DNA of 64,000 bases from Candidatus Latescibacterota bacterium (GCA_965208105.1 OZ242318.1:4782117-4846116), one strand, 5' to 3'; counted from the first letter of the stretch, positions 30,071-40,777 are shown. Numbers and translations are program-made. The notes: generated by a model not told the origin, from the letters alone.

Positions 30071-31002
30071 GCAGAAATTCTCCCGCTAGCGGCCAGGGTC
30101 CAGGCCTGGTCCAGATAGCGAATGGAATCTTCTATGACTTCCAGGGAGGTCTCTCCGCCGCAAGGTTTGACCTCGAAGGACAGGGGCTTCCTGCCGTGGT
30201 CGAAGAACCCCACCCGCGCCAGGGTCCGCAGGAACTCGACCAGTTCCTCCAGGCCGTTTTCCCCCTCGGGGATTCCAAAGCGGGGATGGTTGTCGCCGTA
30301 GGCTTCGTGCTGCGGATGGCGAACGACGCAGTTGCCGACATGGGCGTGGACCAGAAATTCTTCGAGGACGCTCAGGCAATGATCGGGAGTTTCGTTCAGG
30401 ATGGTCATGTGAGCCTGGTCCACGAGAATGCCGAAGGAGGGGTGTTCGGCTCTGACCGCGCGCGCCAGTTCGGCTACTTCTTCGCTGGGTCCCACCAGGC
30501 AATTCTTGGCAAAATCGGAGCGGTCGAATGGCTCCAGCAGGATGGGCATTTCCCCCTTGGAGGCGGAGTAGGCGCACAGCTCCTTCAGCGATTCGGCAAA
30601 TCGGACCCGGGCGGCCCTGCGCTCTGCCTCCCCTGGATCCGGTCCGGAGAGCAGAGCCAGGCCGCGGGCGTTCCACTGGTAGGCCTCGTCGATGTCAATT
30701 TTCAGAGCATCCACCCCCATTTGCCTCGTAGCGGCGTCGGGATGATGGAGGTTGAGCTTGTTGTTGAGGATGTTGGGGTGGGCGCCGAAGGCCACGGATT
30801 TATCGTTTTGCGCGATCATCTCCTGGCAACGCAGGCGTACCCGGGGGTCCTCTATGTGGGTGATTTCAAGGAGTTGGAAGTAGTCGTGTGCAGCCATGGC
30901 CGCAAGACTCTCCTCCACCGGACCTGTTCCCGCACCAAGGGCGGGGAAAGCCATGAAGGTCACGATGCCGATGTCCGCCCTTTCCTGAATTCTTCCGTCC
31001 AT
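30067..31002 (-). CDS. Sugar-phosphate isomerase/epimerase (xylose isomerase-like TIM barrel)
   Basis: LEPFD, VDQAH, HAHVGN, YGDNHPRFG, SFEVKP. Confidence 0.78.
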   Translation of the reverse strand: MDGRIQERADIGIVTFMAFPALGAGTGPVEESLAAMAAHDYFQLLEITHIEDPRVRLRCQEMIAQNDKSVAFGAHPNILNNKLNLHHPDAATRQMGVDALKIDIDEAYQWNARGLALLSGPDPGEAERRAARVRFAESLKELCAYSASKGEMPILLEPFDRSDFAKNCLVGPSEEVAELARAVRAEHPSFGILVDQAHMTILNETPDHCLSVLEEFLVHAHVGNCVVRHPQHEAYGDNHPRFGIPEGENGLEELVEFLRTLARVGFFDHGRKPLSFEVKPCGGETSLEVIEDSIRYLDQAWTLAASGRISA

Positions 31003-31142
31003 TCCTCACCTCCCGTGGTTGCCGGTGAATTCAAATATGGACAAATGTCCACGTGATTTCAAGAAGTGTGCCCGCCCGGGACGGCCCCCCGTGGATTTGC
31101 CCCAACATCCGGTTATTGGTACACTTGGCACGGAGGCCGGAT

Positions 31143-31775
31143 ATGGGAACGAGGAATCCAGAAGCGAGCGTCGATCCCCAGTGGGGCAACCTGTTCCGCC
31201 ATCAGATCACCCACGAGGAGTCCCTGCTCGACAGTCTTCGACGCGTACCCTTCTTCAGCCTGCTCGACGATGAAGAGTTGGCCCTGCTGGGGCGATTGGT
31301 TTACATCCGCCGCTTCGAGGCGGGTGAGACCGTTGTTCGGAGCGGAGTCGAGCAATCCGGTTGTTATCTGATCCGCTATGGATCTGTGGACATGGTAGGT
31401 TATGGGTCCGACGGGGAGAGGGATGTCGTGGGCACCCTGGGGGCGAACGAGCTTCTGGGGGAGTTCGCTCTCCTGGACGGCACTCCCCTCGGTCTGTCCC
31501 TGGTGGCGGCCGAACCCAGCGAGCTGGTCGGTTTCTTCAGGCTGGATCTGATGAAAATCCTCAAAACCCATCCTTCCATGGGGTGCAAAATACTCCTGCG
31601 CCTGACGGAGGACATGGCCGAAAGGATGCAGTCGGATTACGCCGAGTTGCGCGCCCTGGGCTACAGCTTTCTCGAAGAGCCTCCCAAATCCTTCCGACAG
31701 GCCAACCCGACCCCTGTCAAGGGGACGCCGGAGAAATTGCCTTTCCTCGCCCGCCTGTTCAGAGGGAAAATTTGA
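31143..31775 (+). CDS. Cyclic nucleotide-binding domain protein (no HTH seen)
   Basis: LRRVPFFSLL, YLIRYGSV, GEFALLDG. Confidence 0.78.
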   Translation: MGTRNPEASVDPQWGNLFRHQITHEESLLDSLRRVPFFSLLDDEELALLGRLVYIRRFEAGETVVRSGVEQSGCYLIRYGSVDMVGYGSDGERDVVGTLGANELLGEFALLDGTPLGLSLVAAEPSELVGFFRLDLMKILKTHPSMGCKILLRLTEDMAERMQSDYAELRALGYSFLEEPPKSFRQANPTPVKGTPEKLPFLARLFRGKI

Positions 31776-31927
31776 CCCTCCCTGCCCCGTGACCCCATTT
31801 CACCGCTGGAGGTCGCCGCGGCCTGGACGGATCGAGGGCCGCAGGTGGATTCCTGGTTCGGCTCGAAGAGATGCGGCAGGCGCTCCGCAAAGGCTGCCTG
31901 GTCCGAACCTTCCCCGCCGGGGGCATC

Positions 31928-32758
31928 TCAACCCCTCGCAGCCAGCGTAGTTTCCACTCCTTTGAGGTAGGCCAGGCTTCCCGCCGCAATGGTGCGCGGG
32001 TCCGGGGAAAAGTCGAAGACCTCTACCGAGATATAGCGATCGTAGTTCAGCTCTCTCAAGGCGCCGAGGATGTCGACGAAATCGGTTTGGCCGAAACCTG
32101 GACCCCGTTTGTTGGCGTCGTTGACGTGGACGTGATAGAGATGGGGGGCGGTGTCCTGCAGAAGGCGGGAAACGGGGAGGTCCTCGGTTGAGCCGCTGCA
32201 CACATCCACCATGGTCTGGAAGTGTGGATTGTCGATCTCGGCAACCATCTTGCAGGCCTCCGCAGCCGTGGTGATGAAGTTGGTCTGGTCTTTGCTCAAA
32301 GGCTCGATGCAGAGATAGACGCCGCAGGCTTCGGCCAGGGGAAGGCAGTCTTCGTAGACTCGGCGGGTCCTCTCCCAGGTTTCGCGATAGCCCCAGCCTT
32401 CCTGCACGGTGCGCTGTTTGGGAGAGCCGATGATCATTACCTTGCCTCCCAGGTCCCCGCAGCATCGTATAAGCGATTTGAAATAGTCCCTGGTCCTGTG
32501 GCGCAGGTCGTCGTCTGGATGATTGGTATAGAGGCCTTCCGGGCTTATGAGGAGCCAGTGAAGGCCGATGATCTCCACTCCGGCGGTCTCCGCGGCCTGG
32601 CGGATTTGCCGGCGGCGCCCCGCTCCAATGTCATCGACCGAGTAGGCCAGCGTATAGGGAGCGATCTCGACTCCATCGTATCCGATGGAGGCGGCATAGT
32701 CGAAGATTTCTTCGATTGGCCAGCCTTCGAAGTACTCGTTGCAGGTGCCGAATTTCAT
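31928..32758 (-). CDS. Sugar epimerase (D-psicose/D-tagatose 3-epimerase-like)
   Basis: GYDGVEIAP, IEPL, HVHVND..GPG, SVEVFD; start ATG 32758. Confidence 0.85.
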   Translation of the reverse strand: MKFGTCNEYFEGWPIEEIFDYAASIGYDGVEIAPYTLAYSVDDIGAGRRRQIRQAAETAGVEIIGLHWLLISPEGLYTNHPDDDLRHRTRDYFKSLIRCCGDLGGKVMIIGSPKQRTVQEGWGYRETWERTRRVYEDCLPLAEACGVYLCIEPLSKDQTNFITTAAEACKMVAEIDNPHFQTMVDVCSGSTEDLPVSRLLQDTAPHLYHVHVNDANKRGPGFGQTDFVDILGALRELNYDRYISVEVFDFSPDPRTIAAGSLAYLKGVETTLAARG

Positions 32759-32947
32759 GGCCTCTCTTTTCCTTTGATAGTTTGGAAACCTGATAAGATA
32801 GCCCATGATGAACCCTGTTCAAGTCTTCCACGGCAATTGTAGTCCTGGGGGAATGCGTGTGTGGGATTTGAAACATTGTCCCTGGAACTACCGCGGGAGA
32901 TGCGGCCTGGTATGCATATTGCCTCTCTTTCAGCGGGAGGAAGTGGA

Positions 32948-34516
32948 ATGCGGACCTGGTGCATTGCCCCGGTGCTTTTGCTTCTGTCCGCCGCCGACGG
33001 ATCGGAGGACCCGCCGCCGTTTCTCGAGGGGGAGGAAACGGGGGCTCTGGAGAGCAGTCTGGCCGACCGTCCCCGCCAACGGTGGCTGGCACTGCGCTGG
33101 CGCCTGCAGGGATCATCCCTGCGGCCGCGGCAAACCCGCATCTATCAGCGCTTCGAGTGGCGATGGGGCCCGGGGCGGGAGGCCTACCTTATCGCCGAAA
33201 AAGATCCGGGTGAATCCCGGTTGGCAGACTTCCTCGCTTTCTACATGCGCTGGAAGAGCTCCGGGCGACCGCTGGAGTTCGTCGTTGGGAACCTGCGTCC
33301 CGGATTTGCAAGAGGTGTGGTATTCGGCCGCGCCCAGGTCCGTGGAGGCATTCCATCTCTCCGTCTGGGAGGTGACAGCGAGCGGATCGGCCATCGTTCC
33401 AGCGCCGAGAATCCGGGCTTGCGCGGATTGGCGGTGCGCTATCGCGGCAAAAAATTTGCCGCAGTCGTTCTGGGCGGCCGGATGCGGCTCGACGCCCGCG
33501 AGGACGAGAAGGGCCGGGTAATCTCCCTGCCGGAGACCGGATTGCATATAACGGCGCGGGAGCGCGAAGGAAGGGCCCTGCTGGGCGGCCGCCTTCTCGG
33601 GGTTCGACTGGGCTGTCAGGGAGGTCGGGGCGAGGTTGGCATGGTGATGCAGGCTCTGAGCTTCGAACGTTTCCTGGACCTGCGGCGCCCCAGGAGAATG
33701 CCGTGGGCATTCCAGGGAAGAGTTCAGCAGGTGTGGGCGCTGGATGCGCGGATAACCGCCGGCCCCGGGAGCGGCGTTGTTGAAATTGCCAGAGACCGGA
33801 AGGGCCATTGGGGCCTGCTCGCCGCGATTCGATCGGGGAGGAGGCAGGTCCGGACAAGTGTTCTGCTGCGCTACTACGCTCCCGGTTTCCACAGCTTCTA
33901 CGGAGGGTCATCGAGTGCGGCGGATATGCGCAACGAACAGGGATATCAGTTGACCTTGGCCGGAAGAGTGAGATTCTGGCGATGGCGCCTCTACCTGGAC
34001 CAGTTCAGGCGGCCGCAGCCGGGTTATTTCAGTCCCCTACCCCAGGTGGGTGAGGTGTGGGGTATGGAGCTTGGCAGCCGGCTGCGGCGCGGCTGGAAGT
34101 GGCGCGCCGCTTACCAGCAGCGCCTGCGGCCGCCGTCACAGTCTCCCGGCCGGCGCGCCAGGATGGACCTGGAGAAGGGGACCCGGCTGCGCCTGCGGCT
34201 GGAAAGCCGCTGGTTGAGCGGCGGCGGGGAGCGGGGAGATATGGCCTCGGTGCGCTGGAGGGAAAGGTGGAAGAGTTGGAGTTGCGTCTTCCATTTCAGC
34301 CGGTTTTCCACCCCATCCTACGGGACCCGTATTTATGAGTTCGAGTACGACCTCCCCGGAGCAGTGAGCATCAGGCCGCTCTACGGATCCGGCTGGAGGT
34401 TCTATGCCGTGTTGGGCGTGGAGCGGAGCGGGCTGCGCCTGGCCGGGCGCTACCGCTTGCAGCGCGATGCCGGGGCGCGGCACTACGCTGGCTTGCAATT
34501 CGATGTGAATCTGTGA
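32948..34516 (+). CDS. Putative outer-membrane beta-barrel protein
   Basis: Signal-like N-terminus, EKDPGE..DF motif, NEQG, RIYEFEYD..YGSG, amphipathic C-terminal strand; start inferred. Confidence 0.5.
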   Translation: MRTWCIAPVLLLLSAADGSEDPPPFLEGEETGALESSLADRPRQRWLALRWRLQGSSLRPRQTRIYQRFEWRWGPGREAYLIAEKDPGESRLADFLAFYMRWKSSGRPLEFVVGNLRPGFARGVVFGRAQVRGGIPSLRLGGDSERIGHRSSAENPGLRGLAVRYRGKKFAAVVLGGRMRLDAREDEKGRVISLPETGLHITAREREGRALLGGRLLGVRLGCQGGRGEVGMVMQALSFERFLDLRRPRRMPWAFQGRVQQVWALDARITAGPGSGVVEIARDRKGHWGLLAAIRSGRRQVRTSVLLRYYAPGFHSFYGGSSSAADMRNEQGYQLTLAGRVRFWRWRLYLDQFRRPQPGYFSPLPQVGEVWGMELGSRLRRGWKWRAAYQQRLRPPSQSPGRRARMDLEKGTRLRLRLESRWLSGGGERGDMASVRWRERWKSWSCVFHFSRFSTPSYGTRIYEFEYDLPGAVSIRPLYGSGWRFYAVLGVERSGLRLAGRYRLQRDAGARHYAGLQFDVNL

Positions 34517-34561
34517 TGACGATGCAGGTTCTGTCGGTTCCCAGGGGCGGGTGGATTCACG

Positions 34562-35584
34562 TCACGGCGTGGGCGCGTCCTGGCGCAGCAGGCCCTCGGC
34601 CTTCAGTTCCGCCCAGAGATCCGCCGGGATCGGACGCCGGAACCGCGCTCTGTTTTCGCGGACCTGTTCCGCTGCGAAGGCGCCGGGAATCACGGTGGCA
34701 ACAATGGGATGGGCGAGCGGGAACTGCATGGCTGCAGCGGCCATGGGCGTGTCATGGCGCCGGCACACCGCTTCGATGCCCCTGGTCTTTTCCAGGATTT
34801 TCCCAGGCGCCGGGGCGTAGGCGTAGGTGGATCCCTTCACAGGACCTGTTGCCAGGATTCCCGAGGCGAATACCGCTCCGACGACCACCCCGACGCCGCG
34901 CTCGGCGCAACGCGGAAATTCCTGGTCGAGGACCTCCTGGTCGAGGAGGGTGTAGGGCAGAGCGACGAGGAAGAAGTCCAGGTCCACCACGTCGAGAAAG
35001 CGGGGCATCATGCCCAGTTCGTTAATGCCCGCCCCAACCCCCTTGATATCCCCGCTGGAGCGCAACTGCTCGAGGGCGCGCCAACCGCTGGTTGACAGTT
35101 GCCCGAGGTAGGCGTTGACCAGGGCCTCGGTCTTGTGGAACCAGAAGTCGAGGTCGTGGATGACCAGCAGATCGACGGAAGGGAGTCCAAGCCGCTGCAG
35201 GCTGTCTTCAAAGGATCGCATGATGCCGTCGTAGCTGTAGTCGAATTCCAGGTCGAAGGGAAGGCCTCCCGCCCAGAACCCCGGGTCAAAGGAATCGAGA
35301 TTCGATGTGGGTTTGAGGACGCGGCCGACCTTGGTGGAAATGGTGTATTCGCGGCGCGGCTGCTGGCGGAGGAAATGCCCGACGCGGTGTTCGCTCTTTC
35401 CGTAGCCATAGAACGGGGCAGTGTCGAAATAACGGATGCCGGCCTCCCAAGCGGCCTGCAGAACCATTTGGGCCTGCTCCTCGCTGATAACTTCGAAGTG
35501 GTCGCCCAGGGGGGCGCCGCCGAGCCCCATGCTGGTCACGACGGCGTCGGATTTTCCAATCTTCCGGGTTGCAATATCCTGCAT
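34562..35584 (-). CDS. Aldo/keto reductase (D-threo-aldose 1-dehydrogenase-like)
   Basis: GLGGAPLG, YFDTAPFYGYGKSE, STKVGR, FDYSYDG; start ATG 35584. Confidence 0.9.
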   Translation of the reverse strand: MQDIATRKIGKSDAVVTSMGLGGAPLGDHFEVISEEQAQMVLQAAWEAGIRYFDTAPFYGYGKSEHRVGHFLRQQPRREYTISTKVGRVLKPTSNLDSFDPGFWAGGLPFDLEFDYSYDGIMRSFEDSLQRLGLPSVDLLVIHDLDFWFHKTEALVNAYLGQLSTSGWRALEQLRSSGDIKGVGAGINELGMMPRFLDVVDLDFFLVALPYTLLDQEVLDQEFPRCAERGVGVVVGAVFASGILATGPVKGSTYAYAPAPGKILEKTRGIEAVCRRHDTPMAAAAMQFPLAHPIVATVIPGAFAAEQVRENRARFRRPIPADLWAELKAEGLLRQDAPTP

Positions 35585-35610
35585 TGGTGCGTCCTCCTTT
35601 CCGGGCGGAA

Positions 35611-36441
35611 TTACTGAATCCAGCCAGGTGCGACTTCCCCGTTCTCCACGATTGTTTTGACCTGGTCCTGGGAGGCAGGTTCGACCAGCTCGCGGGTCTC
35701 CGGCGCCAGGCGGCCCCTGATTTCCGCAGGGATCTGCAGGGAGGAAAAAGTGGTGCAGTACTGAGGCCGGTAGCGCAGGATCAGGACCCGGCGATCGCGC
35801 TCGACCGGCTTCCACGGAAGGGTCCCATGGGTGAGAAGTTCGGAGATGATTACCAGGTCGCCCGCCTTTGGTATTATGTTGACGACCCCTGGTGGAATAT
35901 GGCTGCTGATGCCGTTGTCGGCGTAGAACATCCCGGGAGGTCTGGGGAATTCCGCCTTGTGCGAGCCGGGAACTACAATCAGGCCGCCGTCGCCGGGATG
36001 GACGTCGGTCAAGTAGGGGAAGATCACGAAGTTGTTGCAGAATATGCGTCCGTCGCGGCATTCGTAGCGGGTGGTCTGCCATGAGCCTTCGCGTGCGCAG
36101 TGCAGGCGGGTTCCGGGCCGGTCGTGAGTGTTGACCTGCAGGGTGCCGCTGGTAAGCCGAGGGCGGTTCCCGGTCAGTTCCTTGACAATGGGCCAGGTCT
36201 TGGGATGGAGGGCAAGTGACTCGAGGGCGCGGTCGAAGGCGAAACCGTGAAGGTAGCGCCGGGAGGAAGAATTGATCTTTCCCGAGTCGTCGAGTTCAAA
36301 GCCGGGTGGCAATTCGTCAGGGGGAGTGTGGATGTAGCGGTCGGCGGCCTCCTGGGCCTGTTTCAACTCATCGTCGTCCAGGGCTTTTTCCAGGTGGATA
36401 TAGCCGCTGACATCGAAGAAGTATCGCTGTTCGGGTGTCAT
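35611..36441 (-). CDS. PhyH-like Fe/2OG enzyme
   Basis: EQRYFFDVSGY, YLTDVHPGDGGLIVVPGSHK, AGD..ELLTHG, RDRR. Confidence 0.85.
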   Translation of the reverse strand: MTPEQRYFFDVSGYIHLEKALDDDELKQAQEAADRYIHTPPDELPPGFELDDSGKINSSSRRYLHGFAFDRALESLALHPKTWPIVKELTGNRPRLTSGTLQVNTHDRPGTRLHCAREGSWQTTRYECRDGRIFCNNFVIFPYLTDVHPGDGGLIVVPGSHKAEFPRPPGMFYADNGISSHIPPGVVNIIPKAGDLVIISELLTHGTLPWKPVERDRRVLILRYRPQYCTTFSSLQIPAEIRGRLAPETRELVEPASQDQVKTIVENGEVAPGWIQ

Positions 36442-36607
36442 CAATGGCTGCAGCCGTGGTTGAAACGCGTGCCGGCGTTTGATTCCCCTCTGTCATTCGC
36501 TGCGGTCGGCCTGCAGCGACTCGAAAGGTAGAACTATTTCATGCTCCCTACAATGATGCAGAGCCGCCTTCGGCGATGGGAAATTCCCGGCGCATGCGCA
36601 ATCTACT

Positions 36608-37792
36608 CTATTCCTCGATGATCGACGGTTTGTCGTCTATGGGCAGGTGCAGAACGGCGGCCAACAGGCCCAGTGCGATAGCGGCTATCCAGATGTTTGC
36701 GTACGAACCGGTCAGGTCGTAGATGATTCCTCCCAACCAGATGCCGGCGAAGCTTCCGAGTTGGTGGCTGAAGAAGACGATTCCGTACAGGGTGGACAGG
36801 TAGCGAGCGCCGAAAATCTGGGCCACCGTCCCGCTGGTCAAGGGAACGGTGGCCAGCCACAGGAGTCCGATGGCGCCGCTGAAAAGGAGGGCGGAATCAT
36901 TGGATAGGGGAAAAAGGATGAACAGGCTGATTGCGATCGCACGGCTGAAGTACAGCATGCTGAGGAGATATTTTTTGCGGTAACGGTCTCCCAGGATGCC
37001 AAATAGATATGAACCAACGATGTTGAAAAACCCAATCAGTGCCAGTGAAGCCGCACCGGTTGCCGGTGACAGTCCGCTGTCGGTGAGAAATGCGGGAAGG
37101 TGGGTGGCGATAAAGGAAACGTGGAAGCCGCACACGAAGAAGCCCCCCGTGAGCAGCCAATAGCCCGAATGCCGGAGAGCCCGTCGAAGGGTCTGGGAAA
37201 AAGTCGGTTCCAGCTTTCCCGATTCGCTGGCCGTCGCTGATTGACGCGGAAAGCCAAAAGAAGCAATGATGATTATGCCGGCGGGAATCGACAGGAGGGT
37301 GAATGAGACCTGCCATCCGAAGTTGGAAATCAGCCAGTGTATGGCAGGAACCAGGGCGAAGGTGCCGCAGGAACCTGCCGCCGTGACCATGCCGAAGGCG
37401 GACCCGCGCCGCTCCTGCGGCACCAACCGGGCGACGGCTCCAAGCACCACGACGTAGGTTATGCTGCTCAGAGCAAGTCCCTTCAGGATGCCCAGCACGA
37501 GGTACAGGTCCAGGGGAGTCTCGGCGGCAGGGAGGAGCAGAAATCCCGCTCCGTAGAGGAATCCTCCGGCCAGGACCACCCAACGGGCCCCGAAGCGGTC
37601 GGCGACCAGGGCCAGCAGGGGCAGGCCGAAGATCAGGTTTTGAAGCGCGAGGGCAAGACTGAATACCTTGCGGCCTGATTCGAGATCCTGGCTTACGGGC
37701 TGCAGGAAGAGGCCGAATGACTGGCGCACTCCCATGCTGATAATGACCGTGAGGGCGCCGCAGAAAATGGCGATTTTTGCCTGGCGAGTCAT
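36608..37792 (-). CDS. MFS transporter
   Basis: GVRQSFGLF, ADRFGAR, GFFVCGFHV, about 12 TM helices. Confidence 0.9.
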   Translation of the reverse strand: MTRQAKIAIFCGALTVIISMGVRQSFGLFLQPVSQDLESGRKVFSLALALQNLIFGLPLLALVADRFGARWVVLAGGFLYGAGFLLLPAAETPLDLYLVLGILKGLALSSITYVVVLGAVARLVPQERRGSAFGMVTAAGSCGTFALVPAIHWLISNFGWQVSFTLLSIPAGIIIIASFGFPRQSATASESGKLEPTFSQTLRRALRHSGYWLLTGGFFVCGFHVSFIATHLPAFLTDSGLSPATGAASLALIGFFNIVGSYLFGILGDRYRKKYLLSMLYFSRAIAISLFILFPLSNDSALLFSGAIGLLWLATVPLTSGTVAQIFGARYLSTLYGIVFFSHQLGSFAGIWLGGIIYDLTGSYANIWIAAIALGLLAAVLHLPIDDKPSIIEE

Positions 37793-37959
37793 GGCGTGGC
37801 AGGTGAAGATCAGGGGCAGGTCCCGGACTGGTGCTTCATCGTCTCTCACCGACCGGAAAGGTCAGCAGAAGGGCCGGCCCCGAATCGATCCCGGGCATGG
37901 CCGGACGAAGGCGACATGTCCTGCCTTCTGCGATATCGATCCGGAATTGGGGCGGGTGC

Positions 37960-38967
37960 TCAGGCAGCCGCGAGGACCTCTCTGGCCGCGGTCGTCGTTT
38001 CTCTGACCTGGTCCAGGGTCCCCATCCCGAACATGCATGTCGCCACCTCCATCTGGTCGAAGGCGAATTCGAATGCCTTGTGCCCCAGGTAGCGGCCCCC
38101 GGCCAGGGCTTTGATGGCGATGATGGGTTTATTGACATTGCGGATAGCGTCCAGGGCGATTTCAGGGGTTGGGAACATGGAAACACCGGGACGGTTGACG
38201 ATGGTGAGGTAGCCATCCACGGGAATATTCTCGGCTTCCAGCAGAGGCAGGGTGGTCCCGGCGTGATGGACGCTGGTGATGACCGTGTGGAAGCGGGCGC
38301 GCAGGAATTCGAGGTACTGGCGGATCAGATCGAAGCGCCCGGTCATGGCCAGGAGGTCGATTTCCGCCCCCGGGTCTGCCACCAGGATGTCACACCCGGC
38401 GAAGAAACCCAGGTAGCGCTCCAGAGTCCCGTAATCGATCTCGAGGCGGTCTATCTCGGCTTCGGTCAGGGGAGGGACCTTTTCCGGGGTGACCAGATTC
38501 TTCAGGGACCCTCCGATATTGTAGCGGATGATCTCGTCCCGGCGGATGTGGTCTCGGAAGGCCTGGCCGCCCACGCGCTCGTCGTGAGCGTAGAAGGTGG
38601 CATGGGCGCGGGGGGAATAGGACACGATCTCACCGTCCAGGGTCACCGGAATCAGGATGTAGGCCACCATGCCGATCTGGGTATCCGTTGCCTGTTCGGC
38701 TTCCCAGACCGCCTGCAGGTGGAGGCGATCGAGAGCGGGCAGCATGTGATCCACCTGGACGGCTGTCACTCCGGCCTCTTCCACGGCGTAGCGGATGACC
38801 TGCGCTACCTTGCCGACGCGGTCGAAGCTGCGAAAATTGTCGGCGTCGCGCTCCGGGCTCTGGTAGGAGCACCCGTCGTAGGGGTGAATGCCCATGATCA
38901 GACGCGGGACCTCGGTGGATCCGATACGCGTGGTGGGTACGCCACAGCCTTCCAGGTAGCTCTTCAT
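37960..38967 (-). CDS. Hypothetical protein (possibly aldo/keto reductase-like barrel)
   Basis: Normal globular composition; RIGSTEVPRLIMG and PIIAIKALAGGR resemble AKR-like segments; GGAG RBS. Confidence 0.55.
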   Translation of the reverse strand: MKSYLEGCGVPTTRIGSTEVPRLIMGIHPYDGCSYQSPERDADNFRSFDRVGKVAQVIRYAVEEAGVTAVQVDHMLPALDRLHLQAVWEAEQATDTQIGMVAYILIPVTLDGEIVSYSPRAHATFYAHDERVGGQAFRDHIRRDEIIRYNIGGSLKNLVTPEKVPPLTEAEIDRLEIDYGTLERYLGFFAGCDILVADPGAEIDLLAMTGRFDLIRQYLEFLRARFHTVITSVHHAGTTLPLLEAENIPVDGYLTIVNRPGVSMFPTPEIALDAIRNVNKPIIAIKALAGGRYLGHKAFEFAFDQMEVATCMFGMGTLDQVRETTTAAREVLAAA

Positions 38968-39178
38968 TCTCCGAATCTCCTTGTTTTCAATAGAGGCGCC
39001 GATGCGGGGTTTGGCCTCCGGAATTGAATGATAAAGACTGGCCATTCCACAATCAAGGCAAGGTTGGGAGTCCAAGGCGGGAGATGGAGTTGCTCCGGTG
39101 TGGGACTCTACTTAGAATATGCCACCGGGAAAGGTCGTTTCACCAATTCAGGCTCCATAAGATACAGAGGAACACAGG

Positions 39179-40777
39179 ATGATCTACGCGGTTCAGAATT
39201 GCATGGCCGAGTGGTCCTATTCATCGGTGAAGGCTTATAAGGACCCTTTCAACGAAGTGGAAATGGACTTGATCTGCACCGACCCTGACGGGGAGGAGAG
39301 GACCGTGCCGGCCTTCTGGGCGGGAGAACAGACCTGGCGGGTGCGTTACTCGTCTCCCAAGGTGGGCAGGCACTCCTTTCGCACCTCGTGCTCGGATGTG
39401 GGAAATCCTGACCTGCATGGCCGCGAAGGCGATCTGGAGGTGGGCCCCTACGAGGGGGAAAATCCGCTTCTGCTGCATGGACCGCTGCGGGTCAGCCGTG
39501 GCCGGCGCCATCTGGAGCACTTGGACGGGACGCCCTTCTTCTGGCTCGGGGACACCTGGTGGATGGGCCTGTGCAAGCGCTGGTCCTGGCCCCGGGATCT
39601 GCGCGCCATGGTGGCCGACCGGCAGTCCAAGGGCTTCAGCGTGATCCAGATCGTGGCGGGGTTGTATCCGGACATGCCGCCATTCGACGAGCGTGGAGCG
39701 AATGAAGCAGGATATCCCTGGGAGGCGGGCTACGAGCGCATAAACCCGGCCTATTTCGACATGGCCGACCTGCGCATGGCCTACCTGGTGCAGTCGGGCT
39801 TGCTGCCCTGCATCGTGGGATTCTGGGGCTACTTCCTCAAATTCGCCGGTGCCGAGGTGCTCAGGAAGCATTGGCGCTATTTGGTGGCGCGATGGGGCGC
39901 CTACCCGGTCGTCTGGTGTACGGCGGGCGAGGGACTCATGCCCTACTACCTCGACCGCAACGAGGTCACCCAGGGAGACGAGTACCAGAACATGCTGCGC
40001 GCCGCCTGGTCTGACATGGTGCGCTACATCCGCTCGATCGACGGCTACGGGCACCCGGTCACCATTCATCCGACCCGACTGGGACACGACCAGGTGGACG
40101 ACCCCGAGGTCCTCGACATCGACATGCTGCAGACCGGACATATTGACGGACGGGCAAATACGGTGGATTCGCTCATCGCTTCGCTCGACCTCGAGCCGAA
40201 GCTGCCGGTACTCATCGCCGAGGTTGGCTACGAGGGCATTCTGGAATCGAACCGGGAGGAGTTCCAGCGCTTCTTTTTCTGGTCATCCATGCTGTCGGGC
40301 GCCATGGGCTTCACCTATGGAGCCAACGGCATCTGGCAGATAAATCGCCGCGGCAAGCCCTTTGGACCATCACCGCACGGCAATGAGTGGGGCGATTTGC
40401 CCTGGGAGGACGCCTGCCTGCTTCCCGGTTCGCAACAGGTGGGACTGGGCAAGCGTCTCCTGGAGCGCTATCGCTGGTGGGAGCTCGAGCCCCACCCGGA
40501 GTGGGTGGAGCCGCACCACACCGGGGAGGACAGGCTGCAACCCTACGCGGCAGGAATCCCGGGCCAGGTGCGGTTGATCTACCTGCCTTTCCCGCGGAGT
40601 GGAGACTTGAAGGTGACCGGGCTCGCATCGGGAGGCGAGTACCGTTCATACTTCTACGACCCGAAGAGCGGGCGTGAGGAGGACCGGGGCCGGGTTGTGG
40701 CAGATGCGCAGGGCGAATTCCTCGTCGATCGCCCGTCCCTCTGGCGCGACTGGGTCCTGGTCCTGGAAGAGGCGTAG
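39179..40777 (+). CDS. DUF5060/DUF4038 protein (GH140 apiosidase-like)
   Basis: DPFNEVE, WRVRY, DGTPFFWLGDTWW, KGFSVIQ, TYGANG. Confidence 0.82.
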   Translation: MIYAVQNCMAEWSYSSVKAYKDPFNEVEMDLICTDPDGEERTVPAFWAGEQTWRVRYSSPKVGRHSFRTSCSDVGNPDLHGREGDLEVGPYEGENPLLLHGPLRVSRGRRHLEHLDGTPFFWLGDTWWMGLCKRWSWPRDLRAMVADRQSKGFSVIQIVAGLYPDMPPFDERGANEAGYPWEAGYERINPAYFDMADLRMAYLVQSGLLPCIVGFWGYFLKFAGAEVLRKHWRYLVARWGAYPVVWCTAGEGLMPYYLDRNEVTQGDEYQNMLRAAWSDMVRYIRSIDGYGHPVTIHPTRLGHDQVDDPEVLDIDMLQTGHIDGRANTVDSLIASLDLEPKLPVLIAEVGYEGILESNREEFQRFFFWSSMLSGAMGFTYGANGIWQINRRGKPFGPSPHGNEWGDLPWEDACLLPGSQQVGLGKRLLERYRWWELEPHPEWVEPHHTGEDRLQPYAAGIPGQVRLIYLPFPRSGDLKVTGLASGGEYRSYFYDPKSGREEDRGRVVADAQGEFLVDRPSLWRDWVLVLEEA

